Source: a virus. From it: 64,000 nt of DNA. Of the stretch, positions 47,073-56,865 are shown one piece after another. A program made the position numbers and the translations under genes. Under the pieces are notes generated by a model. That model saw only the letters and a program-made list of their open reading frames with translations, was not told the DNA's origin and ran no database searches. The stretch is from the IMG/VR virus record IMGVR_UViG_3300038803_000201, positions 4,188-68,187 of that record. One strand, written 5' to 3'. Positions within the stretch are counted from its first letter, which is position 1, and each line of letters starts with the position of its first letter.

Positions 47073-47741
47073 ATGAAAATATGCAGAAAGTGTCACGAAG
47101 AAAAACCCTTAAACGAATTTCCATTCAGAAAAGATAAGACCGACGGATATCATATATACTGTAAATGTTGTGTCAGAAATCAGCACATAAAATACGATAC
47201 GGATCATGAAGAAGAAAGAAAAATATCCAAGCGCACTTATTACAATAACAATAAAGATAAAATATTAGCTCAAATGAAATCAGTTCGCCTGCCAGGTTCG
47301 CGAAAAGAATATCTCAAACAATATTATATCAAAAACAAAGAAAAGTCAAAGCAAAACACTAAAGAATACCGCAAGCATAATAAAGATAAAATCAACGCAT
47401 GGTGTCGCGAATATTATAAGGATCCGTCAAAAAGAATAGCGAGAAGCATGTATAACAGAGTTCGTATAGCCATCTTTACTCAATTAGCGGAAAAGAATCA
47501 AAAAACAGAGTTATTATGTGGATGCACTTGGGATGAATTAGTGGTTCATTTAGAGAAACTATTCAAGCCGGGTATGACTTGGGAGAATTATGGTCGATGG
47601 GATGGATATTGGTCAATTGACCACGTCATTCCGTGTTCCAAATTCGATCTAACAGATCCAATACAACAAGCACAATGTTTTCATTATACAAATCTACAGC
47701 CGCTATGGACGCATGAAAATAGTGCCAAGAGAAACTTTTGA
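47073..47741 (+). CDS. HNH homing endonuclease
   Basis: CRKC...CKCC, GMTWENYG, WSIDHVIPC, FHYTNLQPLW..N; CATAAATA box. Confidence 0.9.
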   Translation: MKICRKCHEEKPLNEFPFRKDKTDGYHIYCKCCVRNQHIKYDTDHEEERKISKRTYYNNNKDKILAQMKSVRLPGSRKEYLKQYYIKNKEKSKQNTKEYRKHNKDKINAWCREYYKDPSKRIARSMYNRVRIAIFTQLAEKNQKTELLCGCTWDELVVHLEKLFKPGMTWENYGRWDGYWSIDHVIPCSKFDLTDPIQQAQCFHYTNLQPLWTHENSAKRNF

Positions 47742-47742
47742 T

Positions 47743-48267
47743 TTACTTTTCTGGCGAAATTTTCTTAAATGGTTCTTTGCACAACATATTGACGTATTTG
47801 AATATCATATCGTACACTGGGTCATTAGAAGAAAACCCAAATCGCTTCGTGGCCTCTTCCGCAATCCATTCTCTCAAATCGGTTCCAAACTCATTGGCGC
47901 GAGCCAGCCAATCACAGACCATCTCAATCACATACACTTCCGGCATTTCGTGAATAGTTCCCCAGTATTCTGGGTGGTGGGGGTTAGTTTGAGCGTGTTG
48001 TTGAACAGCAAAAGCTAATCCAGCTTTTTCCACCTTATTCAGTTTTTTATCGATAATCTTGATATAATCCCACTCGGTCCCAGACAATTTTGAATTGTCG
48101 TGTTTAAGACTATTTTGAATTAAGGCTCTACCCAATTGAGTTTTGCCGTCTTCTATCAGTTTTTTGCCCACGATGATACAATTTTGCTGTACCAGTTGAA
48201 TATGCCTCAAAACATTATCAAGGTATTTAATCTCCAATATTGAATCTTCTTCTGCTTCCATAACCAC
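47743..48267 (-). CDS. DUF5662-like (HD-related) protein
   Basis: HDNSK, H..TNPHHPEYW, MP...IEMVCDW. Confidence 0.75.
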   Translation of the reverse strand: MVMEAEEDSILEIKYLDNVLRHIQLVQQNCIIVGKKLIEDGKTQLGRALIQNSLKHDNSKLSGTEWDYIKIIDKKLNKVEKAGLAFAVQQHAQTNPHHPEYWGTIHEMPEVYVIEMVCDWLARANEFGTDLREWIAEEATKRFGFSSNDPVYDMIFKYVNMLCKEPFKKISPEK

Positions 48268-48283
48268 TCCTGTTTAGCTATTG

Positions 48284-49213
48284 CTAAACCTCCTGAGTCA
48301 ACACATGAATCATCTGCTTCCAGTTTTTATCGGTGCTGACGCAGAACTTACGAATGCGAATGGCTTGAATCAAAGTGCGAAGATTGTAATTCACAAACTG
48401 ATCTTCAATGCTCGTCAGATATTCCAAAGTCTCCTGTTTAAGGTGCAATTCCACTTGAGGTTCTACCTGTTGCAAAATATTACCCATATGCTCGGAAATT
48501 TCTGAATTTGTCATTCGCAAATCGAAACAAAATCCACGCGAACGGATTGCGGCATCAATACGGTCAGCAAATCGATTACTGATAAAAATGATGCGACCCG
48601 TAAAATCAAACGGGGATTCCAAATCTTGCTGTTCCGCTTTTTCACTAATCCATGAAACTCGGCGGGTATCATAGCTATCTAAAGCGGCTTTAAGCACGTT
48701 GACGCTCGCGTCCTTATCAAAAACACTATCGATATCATCCATTACCAACAACGCGTCGCGATTGTCGTGTAAAGTCTTAAATAAGCCGAACGGAGTAGCA
48801 TACCCACTAACCATGAGATAATCGTGATTTTCGCGTTTTCCCATTTTGGCTAACTGTTCTTTAACCAAAAACGTTTTGCCCACCCCAGGCTGGCCTGTAA
48901 TCAACACAGAAGGCTGAACACCAGTAATCACCATGTTAACCAAGTCACGGATATATTGAAACTTCTCCGCCATAGAACACATAGGTTCCACAGTGACTGA
49001 CATTTTCTGATTATGTGGTGCATCTGTTAAAGAATATACCAACTTCTTTCCTTCCTTCCGCGCAACGATTTTTCCCGCGTCTTTAAGCTCATTTAATGTA
49101 TTGCTTACCAGTGCAACAGAAGACCCAGACAGTGACATAATGGTGGACGAATAGAACGGCTGCGCTTGTTGAAACACAGCTTTGATCACCTCTTGCGTCT
49201 TGCTCATAGACAT
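48284..49213 (-). CDS. wHTH-AAA+ ATPase
   Basis: N-terminal winged helix, GQPGVGKT, LVMDDID, LKAALDS, AIRSR. Confidence 0.85.
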   Translation of the reverse strand: MSMSKTQEVIKAVFQQAQPFYSSTIMSLSGSSVALVSNTLNELKDAGKIVARKEGKKLVYSLTDAPHNQKMSVTVEPMCSMAEKFQYIRDLVNMVITGVQPSVLITGQPGVGKTFLVKEQLAKMGKRENHDYLMVSGYATPFGLFKTLHDNRDALLVMDDIDSVFDKDASVNVLKAALDSYDTRRVSWISEKAEQQDLESPFDFTGRIIFISNRFADRIDAAIRSRGFCFDLRMTNSEISEHMGNILQQVEPQVELHLKQETLEYLTSIEDQFVNYNLRTLIQAIRIRKFCVSTDKNWKQMIHVLTQEV

Positions 49214-49279
49214 GGACCTTTCATAATTGTTGGTGAATTTATAAGCGTTAATATCACCTATAATAGAAAAGTCGGCACG

Positions 49280-49588
49280 CTATTTCTTTAGATGTTTTTC
49301 GATTTTATCATATATCTGATTTGGGGTCAAATCCTCATGATAAAATTCGGCAAACGCCTTTGCATATCCCTGTACTACCCATTCCATATGGGCGGCGTTT
49401 TCGCCTATATCTGTTTTCAATCTTTCACTTTCTTCATATTTAAACCGTTCTATACACTTTAATTGAATAAATAGACGGGGATCCGTATGACTGCAAGAAA
49501 TCATTTCTTTTAAAATGCACCAATCCGCAGTACAATACGGCTTAACTACCTCATTTAGAGTTTTTACTATTTTTGCTCTAGTTGCCAT
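49280..49588 (-). CDS. hypothetical protein
   Basis: CATAAGTA box, GAGGA SD. Confidence 0.7.
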   Translation of the reverse strand: MATRAKIVKTLNEVVKPYCTADWCILKEMISCSHTDPRLFIQLKCIERFKYEESERLKTDIGENAAHMEWVVQGYAKAFAEFYHEDLTPNQIYDKIEKHLKK

Positions 49589-49626
49589 AGTGAGTCCTCT
49601 ATTATACTTATGGAATTTATGCTACA

Positions 49627-50289
49627 TCAGTTGGGCTTGGAATAATAAAACTGTTCCACATGGATTTTGTCCCATGAAACACCATGATCTACTAGATATT
49701 GTGTAGTATCAGAAATCATTTCTTCGAGTCCACACAGATAGTATGTGTAATCCTGAGGATAGTCTACAGGCAATTCACTATAATAACCACTGATGTGTTT
49801 GGGCAACGCCAGTCCTTCCTGTCTTGATACAGCCAATTTAAATAACGAGCGCATTCTGCTAGGATAAACAAGAATATCCGCCATAAATCGCACACCATAC
49901 AAAATCAGATGGGGTTTGTGACTGTAACACTGTAACGCTGAAACGAATGGTGCCAACCCGGTTCCTGTTGCTATGTATATGTATTTACCGTTCGTTTCAT
50001 TTTTTCCCGGGGTGAAATATCCGAACGGCTGACCCACTTCAATTTCATCTCCCAGTTTGAGAGTGGTAATATATTGCGACACCCCTGTTGTTGAAGGAAA
50101 TATCCGTATATAAAATGTCAAATAGGGGCTGTGAATATCAGATGCTATGCTGTATGGTTTTTTAACACCGGATAGGGGGTTGTAAAGATCTATACAATTT
50201 CCCGGTTCAAATACAATATCGTTTCTGTCAATAACCAGCTTATGTATTGCATCCGAATGCTTTTCTGAACGAATTATTTTGCATTTCAT
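49627..50289 (-). CDS. FAD-binding ferredoxin-NADP reductase family oxidoreductase
   Basis: KPYSIAS, GVS, IATGTGLAPF, YLCG...MI. Confidence 0.9.
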   Translation of the reverse strand: MKCKIIRSEKHSDAIHKLVIDRNDIVFEPGNCIDLYNPLSGVKKPYSIASDIHSPYLTFYIRIFPSTTGVSQYITTLKLGDEIEVGQPFGYFTPGKNETNGKYIYIATGTGLAPFVSALQCYSHKPHLILYGVRFMADILVYPSRMRSLFKLAVSRQEGLALPKHISGYYSELPVDYPQDYTYYLCGLEEMISDTTQYLVDHGVSWDKIHVEQFYYSKPN

Positions 50290-50495
50290 AACACATTATC
50301 TTCAAAATACCGATACAACTTTTGCTTCTGAATTGGTGTTAACCTTTCCACTATAGAGTGCAAACGTTGTGTCAGTAGATCACCCGTACTATCCACTTGC
50401 GGCGGCGCATCTGATCGGGGATTACTGCAGAAACTACATCGAGAAGCTTGTGTCTGATTCCAACTATTGCATTTCGCACATAACCATTTACTCAT
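50286..50495 (-). CDS. RanBP2-type zinc-finger small protein
   Basis: WLCAKCNSWN....CSFCSNPR; GGAGG SD. Confidence 0.7.
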   Translation of the reverse strand: MSKWLCAKCNSWNQTQASRCSFCSNPRSDAPPQVDSTGDLLTQRLHSIVERLTPIQKQKLYRYFEDNVL

Positions 50496-50516
50496 ACTAA
50501 CCTCCAAAAAATAAAA

Positions 50517-50620
50517 AGGCGGACTTACACAGGGACATTAAGGAGCTACTGATCGGTCACCATTTTCTCGAGCTGCCCCGCTCCTTGTCCTAACCGAATT
50601 CTACTCTGTGTAAGCCACCT
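50517..50620 (-). ncRNA. candidate structured RNA with pseudoknot
   Basis: Nested stems AGGUGG/CCGCCU, CUUACACAG/CUGUGUAAG, GGACA/UGUCC, AGGAGC/GCUCCU; U-tract end. Confidence 0.6.
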
Positions 50621-50632
50621 AAAACAGTGCTA

Positions 50633-50821
50633 TTACGCAACTGTGAAATAATCCGACCGAACCCACTTCTGTGCGAAGGAATCTGACCCACGTCGACCAG
50701 TCTTCAACAGGTAAAACGACTGTGACCGTTCAGTATCGAATTCACGATCCAAAACCGTCCAGCGAGCACCATTATGAATGACTACATCCTTCCGCTTTGC
50801 CTTAACTTGCTTGCGCTTCAT
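50633..50821 (-). CDS. small basic SH3-like protein
   Basis: AAGGAG SD before MKRKQ. Confidence 0.7.
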   Translation of the reverse strand: MKRKQVKAKRKDVVIHNGARWTVLDREFDTERSQSFYLLKTGRRGSDSFAQKWVRSDYFTVA

Positions 50822-50904
50822 TGTATATCTCCTTTCTGTCATTAGTGTTATTAACGACATTAATAATATACTACGCTTTGCAAAAATATCTACGGGGTTT
50901 CGCA

Positions 50905-51090
50905 TTATCCTTTGAGAGAAAATGTGTTACTTGATGGTGCATGCATGCGGTTGGGTTGTTTATAGTAAATGGGTCCTGAATCTCTTAACTGAGGAGAAGT
51001 TACAGATTTTGGATGACCTTTATATTTGCCTTTTTTGGCTTTTTTGGTCTTGTCTTGAACAGCCTGAGTGAAAAACGTTGCAAAGTTCAT
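50905..51090 (-). CDS. small basic hypothetical protein
   Basis: Follows 51092 stop. Confidence 0.5.
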   Translation of the reverse strand: MNFATFFTQAVQDKTKKAKKGKYKGHPKSVTSPQLRDSGPIYYKQPNRMHAPSSNTFSLKG

Positions 51091-51091
51091 G

Positions 51092-54000
51092 TTAGTATAT
51101 AGGAAAACTCCCAATCGACATAAACAGATGATTGCCCACTCTGATATGAGGTCTTAATTTGCCTGCCAGTCTTGCCCAATCAGGATTCGCCTTTTGTGGA
51201 TTGTAGTAATGATCCGCTTCGGTTATTGGTGTGAATTGATATTGCACTATTTCTGTTGCTATTTTATTGGCTATATCCCATGCAGTCCCTGACCGGTGCT
51301 TTTCTTTAAAATGCACCCAATCTTCCGGCTTCATTCCATTCCAACAACTAAACTGTTTGGGTGTTTTTATGGCCTTTATAATCCGATCCACATTGCCCTT
51401 TCCTCTGTTAAAAGCTACGGATGCAACAGCCCGCATTCCTTGCTCTCCATCTTCGCGTGCTTCTGCCCATAACGTGCGTGCTATAATGTTAATTTGCTGA
51501 CTCTGAGAATACTTTTGGGTTTGAATTATGGGTGGGGCATTTCTTAATTGTGCGTTAGTATCTGTAGGAGACAAAGCCAACGCTCCAGCCACAGCAGCAC
51601 CGCCAAGCGCCTTTGATAAAATACCCTCTTCCACTGGCACAGTTGCATTTACCTTGCTGATCAAGAATTTGTCCATTTCTGTATCGGCTTCTCCCGTGCA
51701 TTGTATATTCTTTTGATCTATTAATGCATTTGCTAACATAGATATAAATTCAGGCCCCATCAGATATGAATTGAACATTTTTTCTGAGGTCTCTTTAAAA
51801 TTCATGTGTGTAGCCCATACAGTTTTTCCTTTCAAATATGCGGCGTCTTGTTTTTCGAATAATTCAGATAATGTGCGGGTTATTTTGCGTGTAAACTGAG
51901 TAGCTATTATAGTAGCATTTTGTTGATCTTTTATGGTATCCAATAAATTGGATTTTGTCTTAGTTGCTAGGTGTTTGATACGGCATAAAAGAAAATGAAC
52001 AAATTCTTTCGGACTCTTTTCTAGATATTCTGTGATAACTTTAGATGGGGGGGCTGTGTATAATTCCGGCTGAACTGTTGCCCTTTTTGAGGGGAGGGCT
52101 CTGCCTATCATAGCACGAATATCATCATATTCTGGAAGTGATGCTCTTTGGCCTGTTCTCGCCTGTGCGTCTGTATGATCCATGAAAGAATTGGACACAA
52201 AATCAAACAAAGCATAAGGTTTGCCGTCTTTAGCCACCATATAGTATGATTTATTTACATCCTGAACTTCCGGTTCATTTCCTACCCCTTTATATCCTGA
52301 AGGAAGCGATAGATAGTTTATAAATGTACTGAATGAATTACTGACACACCACCAATTTAACGGCCCCTCTTGTTTTTCAGGGTTGTTGTATTTGTATACA
52401 GTATGGAGAGCATTATATCCCTCTTTGGTAGGCAATATGCGAATCAATTCAAGATTACCCTGCTGGCCTATTTTAATCGCACCAGGCACGGTTTGTATGC
52501 GCTTAAACGCTTTGCCCTCTTCTTCATCAATATCAATCTCGGGCATGGCGGATATGTCTCTCGCCAAATCCGAAAAGGTAGCATATTGAAAAATATCCTT
52601 TTTCCCTCCGATTTCCACCCAACGTTGTTTGTTGCGCTGTAGAAAGAAAACTGTTAGTATTTTGGACAATGTTTCTAAATCTTCGGGAAATCTCGCCGCC
52701 CCAGTTTTAAACTGCTTTAATATCCATGGCAATGTTGATGTGGCTATTTTCATGCCTTGTTGCACGGCTGCTGGTGGTATAGGGCGATTTAACGGTGTTT
52801 GTGTTGCCGCACGCACCACTCGGTCTACAATTTTTTCGACGTCTTTCGGTCCCTTAATCTTCCCCTCTTTCTTGAGATTAAGCATAGCTGCAATATTAAT
52901 ACCTTTGATGCCTGTGGGATCCACGGCAGCCCATTGTTCCATTTCTTTTTCTGGGACTTCATATTTGGCCATAAGTTGACGCATCATGTTCGTCAACTCT
53001 TCCTGCAGTATTTCGTAGAATCCTTTGAAAGGCACTAAGGATTCATTTTGTGGGCCGGCTTCATAATCTGCTATAGCCCTTTCAATGTCCGCCACAAACG
53101 AAGCCACCATACGTTTTGCTGCTACAGGATCAGAGAGAAACTCTTTTATGAATGCAGCAAAACTCTCTTTGACCTCCGGATCAGCAGCAGGCAGACTAAT
53201 GATTTTATTATAAACATGAAACAATAACTTTGTATTCTTGGCGTCAATGGCAGCAGTCAGTTTCTTCCAAAACACAGGCCCTAGCATCAAATCATATGGC
53301 TCATTTTCATTTTTATCCACAGATGCCAATACATGTTTGGCCACTTCAGGAGATGAAGGCAATCCATGCGAATTAGTATACTCCACCAATCCTTTAACCA
53401 GCTCATGGATCAACAGAGGAAAAATAATACCCTTGACTTTAATGACGCCTTCACCCGTCTCTTCTTGGTCTACCTGCTCCTCACCGGCACCACAGGCCTG
53501 CCCAGACATATCCATCTCAGGAGTTACCCAATAAGCCAGGTCACCTACAGAGCTCATAAACCCGTACATATCAGATAAACGAGGATCTAATGCATTTAAA
53601 TCATCCCTAATGTACTCAAACAAATACATATAGGTCGCTGCTGCGCCTTGGGCCATTACATTTTGAAATCTGCGTTTTAATTTTTCCTGGTCTATGTCCG
53701 CAAGTGCGAACGCCATTTCATCTTCAAAAGACTTAAATTCTGTGGTTTGTGCAATATCTTCTAAAGATTGCTCCATGTCATTGGGTTTTACCTTTAATAT
53801 ACCGGCCATTAACGTCAGTTCAATTTTGATATCACCGGCTTCAACAGCAGCCTTAGCTGCAGAAAATTCTGGGAGATCCAATACAGTGTTAACCGCTAGC
53901 ATCTCAAGATACTCGGTATACATGTTCTCCACTTCTTTGATCTCATTGAGTGTTTCCATCATACCCATAATCAGATTGATTAGATCGTGCTCACTGGCTG

Positions 54001-54199
54001 GAAACTGATCCTCAGGGATATATCGGCGTAATTTAGCCATGGCATTCTGATACGCGGTGGATGCGATCGCATGTGTATCAGTAACATTAGGCATTAACGG
54101 TTCGATGCCCAACCCGCCACCTTCTATCTTTTGTCTTTTAGCGGGATTGATAAAATCAGGCTCCGCCCCTGTTTCTATATCCTCTATTAAATGCGTCAT
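51092..54199 (-). CDS. large multidomain probable virion protein with C-terminal SleB/Hydrolase_2 cell-wall hydrolase
   Basis: ARTLWAEARE.G..GM.AVA.V..NR, KQFSCWN, HYYNP..P.W, GNHLF at C-terminus; late operon. Confidence 0.8.
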   Translation of the reverse strand: MTHLIEDIETGAEPDFINPAKRQKIEGGGLGIEPLMPNVTDTHAIASTAYQNAMAKLRRYIPEDQFPASEHDLINLIMGMMETLNEIKEVENMYTEYLEMLAVNTVLDLPEFSAAKAAVEAGDIKIELTLMAGILKVKPNDMEQSLEDIAQTTEFKSFEDEMAFALADIDQEKLKRRFQNVMAQGAAATYMYLFEYIRDDLNALDPRLSDMYGFMSSVGDLAYWVTPEMDMSGQACGAGEEQVDQEETGEGVIKVKGIIFPLLIHELVKGLVEYTNSHGLPSSPEVAKHVLASVDKNENEPYDLMLGPVFWKKLTAAIDAKNTKLLFHVYNKIISLPAADPEVKESFAAFIKEFLSDPVAAKRMVASFVADIERAIADYEAGPQNESLVPFKGFYEILQEELTNMMRQLMAKYEVPEKEMEQWAAVDPTGIKGINIAAMLNLKKEGKIKGPKDVEKIVDRVVRAATQTPLNRPIPPAAVQQGMKIATSTLPWILKQFKTGAARFPEDLETLSKILTVFFLQRNKQRWVEIGGKKDIFQYATFSDLARDISAMPEIDIDEEEGKAFKRIQTVPGAIKIGQQGNLELIRILPTKEGYNALHTVYKYNNPEKQEGPLNWWCVSNSFSTFINYLSLPSGYKGVGNEPEVQDVNKSYYMVAKDGKPYALFDFVSNSFMDHTDAQARTGQRASLPEYDDIRAMIGRALPSKRATVQPELYTAPPSKVITEYLEKSPKEFVHFLLCRIKHLATKTKSNLLDTIKDQQNATIIATQFTRKITRTLSELFEKQDAAYLKGKTVWATHMNFKETSEKMFNSYLMGPEFISMLANALIDQKNIQCTGEADTEMDKFLISKVNATVPVEEGILSKALGGAAVAGALALSPTDTNAQLRNAPPIIQTQKYSQSQQINIIARTLWAEAREDGEQGMRAVASVAFNRGKGNVDRIIKAIKTPKQFSCWNGMKPEDWVHFKEKHRSGTAWDIANKIATEIVQYQFTPITEADHYYNPQKANPDWARLAGKLRPHIRVGNHLFMSIGSFPIY

Positions 54200-54200
54200 A

Positions 54201-54449
54201 TTAACCCTTTATAAATTTTGAATACTTGTTAATGATGTTTTTTATTTCTTGCTTTACTGAAGCCTTTGGCCGAATATCCGGCATAGTTCCTGGCTTATGC
54301 CGTCTAAATGGTGCTGGATTGGGTGTTGATGGTTTAGTTGGACCTGGGCTTGGGGTCTTAGTTGGTGCGGGTTTTGTAATTGGTTCTGGTGCCACAACTG
54401 GTGCTTCTGCTAAAAAGTTATCGATCATCATTTCGAATTTAGTTTTCAT
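54201..54449 (-). CDS. Pro-rich small late protein
   Basis: CATAAATA box upstream; MKTKFEMMIDNFLAE. Confidence 0.7.
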   Translation of the reverse strand: MKTKFEMMIDNFLAEAPVVAPEPITKPAPTKTPSPGPTKPSTPNPAPFRRHKPGTMPDIRPKASVKQEIKNIINKYSKFIKG

Positions 54450-54550
54450 AAAAATTCCTCATACTCGGTACTGTAGAAATATTTATGACATAACGAATGT
54501 TTTTTACAGTCTATAGATCTTTTTTGGTAGCATGCTTTATAATTATTAAC

Positions 54551-54883
54551 ATGAACCGGGCATCTGCACACAAACTCCGCAAATATAAAAAAACAAGTGT
54601 TTACCCCTTTCTGTCGAAGATGTACAGATTAATGACAGATAAGCCTGAAATGTTTGTTTTGCGGAAAATGCATCTCTATCAGGGAGAATGCGACTGGGTG
54701 GATGATGTCATTACTGTGGACTATCGAAGAGAATTCATATCCACACTAATACATGAGGTCCTGCACTACTTTCACCCCACATGGTCTGAAACAAAAGTAC
54801 TGCGTGAAGAAAAGAAAATTATCAACGCTCTTTCTGTGCGACAAGTGAGGAATGTGTTGAAATGCTATGCGAAAGGGTTGTAG
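54551..54883 (+). CDS. HExxH mini-zincin-like protein
   Basis: STLIHEVLH. Confidence 0.65.
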   Translation: MNRASAHKLRKYKKTSVYPFLSKMYRLMTDKPEMFVLRKMHLYQGECDWVDDVITVDYRREFISTLIHEVLHYFHPTWSETKVLREEKKIINALSVRQVRNVLKCYAKGL

Positions 54884-54984
54884 ACTTTTTGCCCATCTTC
54901 TCCCATAACTCAGATTCCCAGTATGCTCTGTAGTTAGCCCCTTTACGCGGCTTCGACCCTTTACCATTCTGAATGGAATTAGCT

Positions 54985-55449
54985 TTAGTCATAGGGATAT
55001 TCAATCCAGGTATTAGCATCCACGATTTGTGCGTAATAGTCAGGTTTTATCACACTCTTGTCAAGTTTGTAATGCAATGCACTCAGTTTAACGTTAGCGG
55101 CTGCTGCAAACATCCAATGAGCCCCAAGACACTTTTTAATTGTCTTGCCAGTGTCTGCTATATCATCTATCACCAATACATGATGATTCTCGTTAAAATG
55201 CATCGTAACTTTTTGATACACAACAACCTTATCATCATGCAAACGGACATTTTCTTTGGAATATGAAGACACCCCGAAATTATGAACACGAGGGATATCC
55301 AACTTGTATGCGATATACTGTGCCGGAATTAAGCCCCCCCTTGATATTGCTACGATATCCGTGAATTTATTGCCGGCTAATTTCCCGATTAATATATCAC
55401 ACAATTTGAAATAATCACACCACGTGAGAGTCAGTTTGGTTGGTTCCAT
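54985..55449 (-). CDS. purine phosphoribosyltransferase (Gpt-like)
   Basis: IVAISRGG, VLVIDDIADTGKT, PDYY, WIEYP. Confidence 0.9.
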   Translation of the reverse strand: MEPTKLTLTWCDYFKLCDILIGKLAGNKFTDIVAISRGGLIPAQYIAYKLDIPRVHNFGVSSYSKENVRLHDDKVVVYQKVTMHFNENHHVLVIDDIADTGKTIKKCLGAHWMFAAAANVKLSALHYKLDKSVIKPDYYAQIVDANTWIEYPYD

Positions 55450-55599
55450 TTACATCCTTTTTATGGCACGGGCAATCACACATACGGCAACCTGATACCC
55501 ATCTGATGATCTTTCTCACCAATAGGTATAATGGCACCAAAATCAAATATTCAATGACCCCACCACAAGCTATACATCCCAGTATTAACATATATTTCC

Positions 55600-55899
55600 T
55601 TAGTTTTGCCACCAGGCATTTTGGATTTGTTTTTCCTGGTCTGCCTGTTTTTGCTTTTTGTAGTCGGCTAGGTTTTTTGTTGCATCCCAATCAGGATCTG
55701 CGATCAACGTTTCCCCCAACTCGTAGGAATTTGCCGTAGACGGATATCGACTTCTAAAAATATGCAGAACTGATCTACGACCTTTGTTTGTGGTGATGGA
55801 AACAGGAATGCCTTTACTATCTACTACATAACGCCATTCCCCTCCCATTACCTTTGCTTTGAATCGATATACTACTTGTGGTTTTTTAATACTGCTCAT
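55600..55899 (-). CDS. hypothetical protein
   Basis: GTAAATA box before ATG. Confidence 0.65.
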   Translation of the reverse strand: MSSIKKPQVVYRFKAKVMGGEWRYVVDSKGIPVSITTNKGRRSVLHIFRSRYPSTANSYELGETLIADPDWDATKNLADYKKQKQADQEKQIQNAWWQN

Positions 55900-55954
55900 A
55901 ATCTATTATTTACACTTAATCGTTGACATTATCACCAAAAGAATAATTATCTAC

Positions 55955-56494
55955 ATGAATGATAATACACCCAAAAAAGAAAAAAGGCACGTTAGAAGGA
56001 AAACACCCAAGATTAGAGAAACAGATGGTCCTATTATCACCACCAAACGTCAACCCAAACGACAAATAGATGATTTGGCTGCGGCCATTTTTGCTACCAA
56101 TGAAGAAGATAACGCTTCAACGCTTGATTTACAAGAAGATAACGCTTCAACGCTTGATTTACAAGAAGATAACGCTTCAACGCCTCCGTCTAATGGAGAT
56201 ATTCCATGGGATGCCCCGGAAGAAGAAATTGTACCCGAAAGAATACAATTGGAGCACGGGACATCTAAGGCCAACGCTGTCGTAGTAAATAGATCACCAC
56301 ACGAAATTACAGCATTCCTCAATAAACACTTCGGATCTGAGATTGGCGCATATTTTATAGCTACAGAGAATACAATGACGTCGTATAATACCCAAAAACA
56401 ACGTCGGCGTTACAAGTGTATATCAGTTGAAGACAAATACGGATTCAGATACGCTTTGTGGTTTGATTTAAGTAAACTAGGCCCTGTATATTAA
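55955..56494 (+). CDS. hypothetical protein with 10-aa repeat
   Basis: TTGACA promoter; (Q/E)EDNASTLDL x2.7. Confidence 0.75.
   Translation: MNDNTPKKEKRHVRRKTPKIRETDGPIITTKRQPKRQIDDLAAAIFATNEEDNASTLDLQEDNASTLDLQEDNASTPPSNGDIPWDAPEEEIVPERIQLEHGTSKANAVVVNRSPHEITAFLNKHFGSEIGAYFIATENTMTSYNTQKQRRRYKCISVEDKYGFRYALWFDLSKLGPVY
56103..56183 (+). repeat. 30-bp tandem repeat x2.7
   Basis: AAGAAGATAACGCTTCAACGCTTGATTTAC. Confidence 0.9.
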
Positions 56495-56850
56495 CGTCTG
56501 AGGAATTCTTCCCCATCCGGTCCCATCTCATCACTGAAATCAGCATCAGATAATCCGAAGTCTTGTGGTGGGACTTCTTCTTGAGTGCCGTCCACATCAA
56601 CAGCATCCACCAAACGGATATTGAGGGGATTGGGAATTATCACAGATGTCAACACACCATTATTCTCTACGCTAAGAATCAAATGAATGTCATTAAGATT
56701 TACACCTTTGACCACACCACCCTGTAAGGGCGCCAAGTCTTCAAAACTTGTGACAAACTTCTCACCAGGATTCCCTTCTAAGTCCTCACGGCGACCTTCC
56801 ACCCACATATTCATATAAACAGATTCAAGATTACGGTCTTTCTTATTCAT
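56491..56850 (-). CDS. acidic hypothetical late protein
   Basis: GATAAATA box before ATG. Confidence 0.7.
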   Translation of the reverse strand: MNKKDRNLESVYMNMWVEGRREDLEGNPGEKFVTSFEDLAPLQGGVVKGVNLNDIHLILSVENNGVLTSVIIPNPLNIRLVDAVDVDGTQEEVPPQDFGLSDADFSDEMGPDGEEFLRR

Positions 56851-56865
56851 GAAATTATTTATCCA

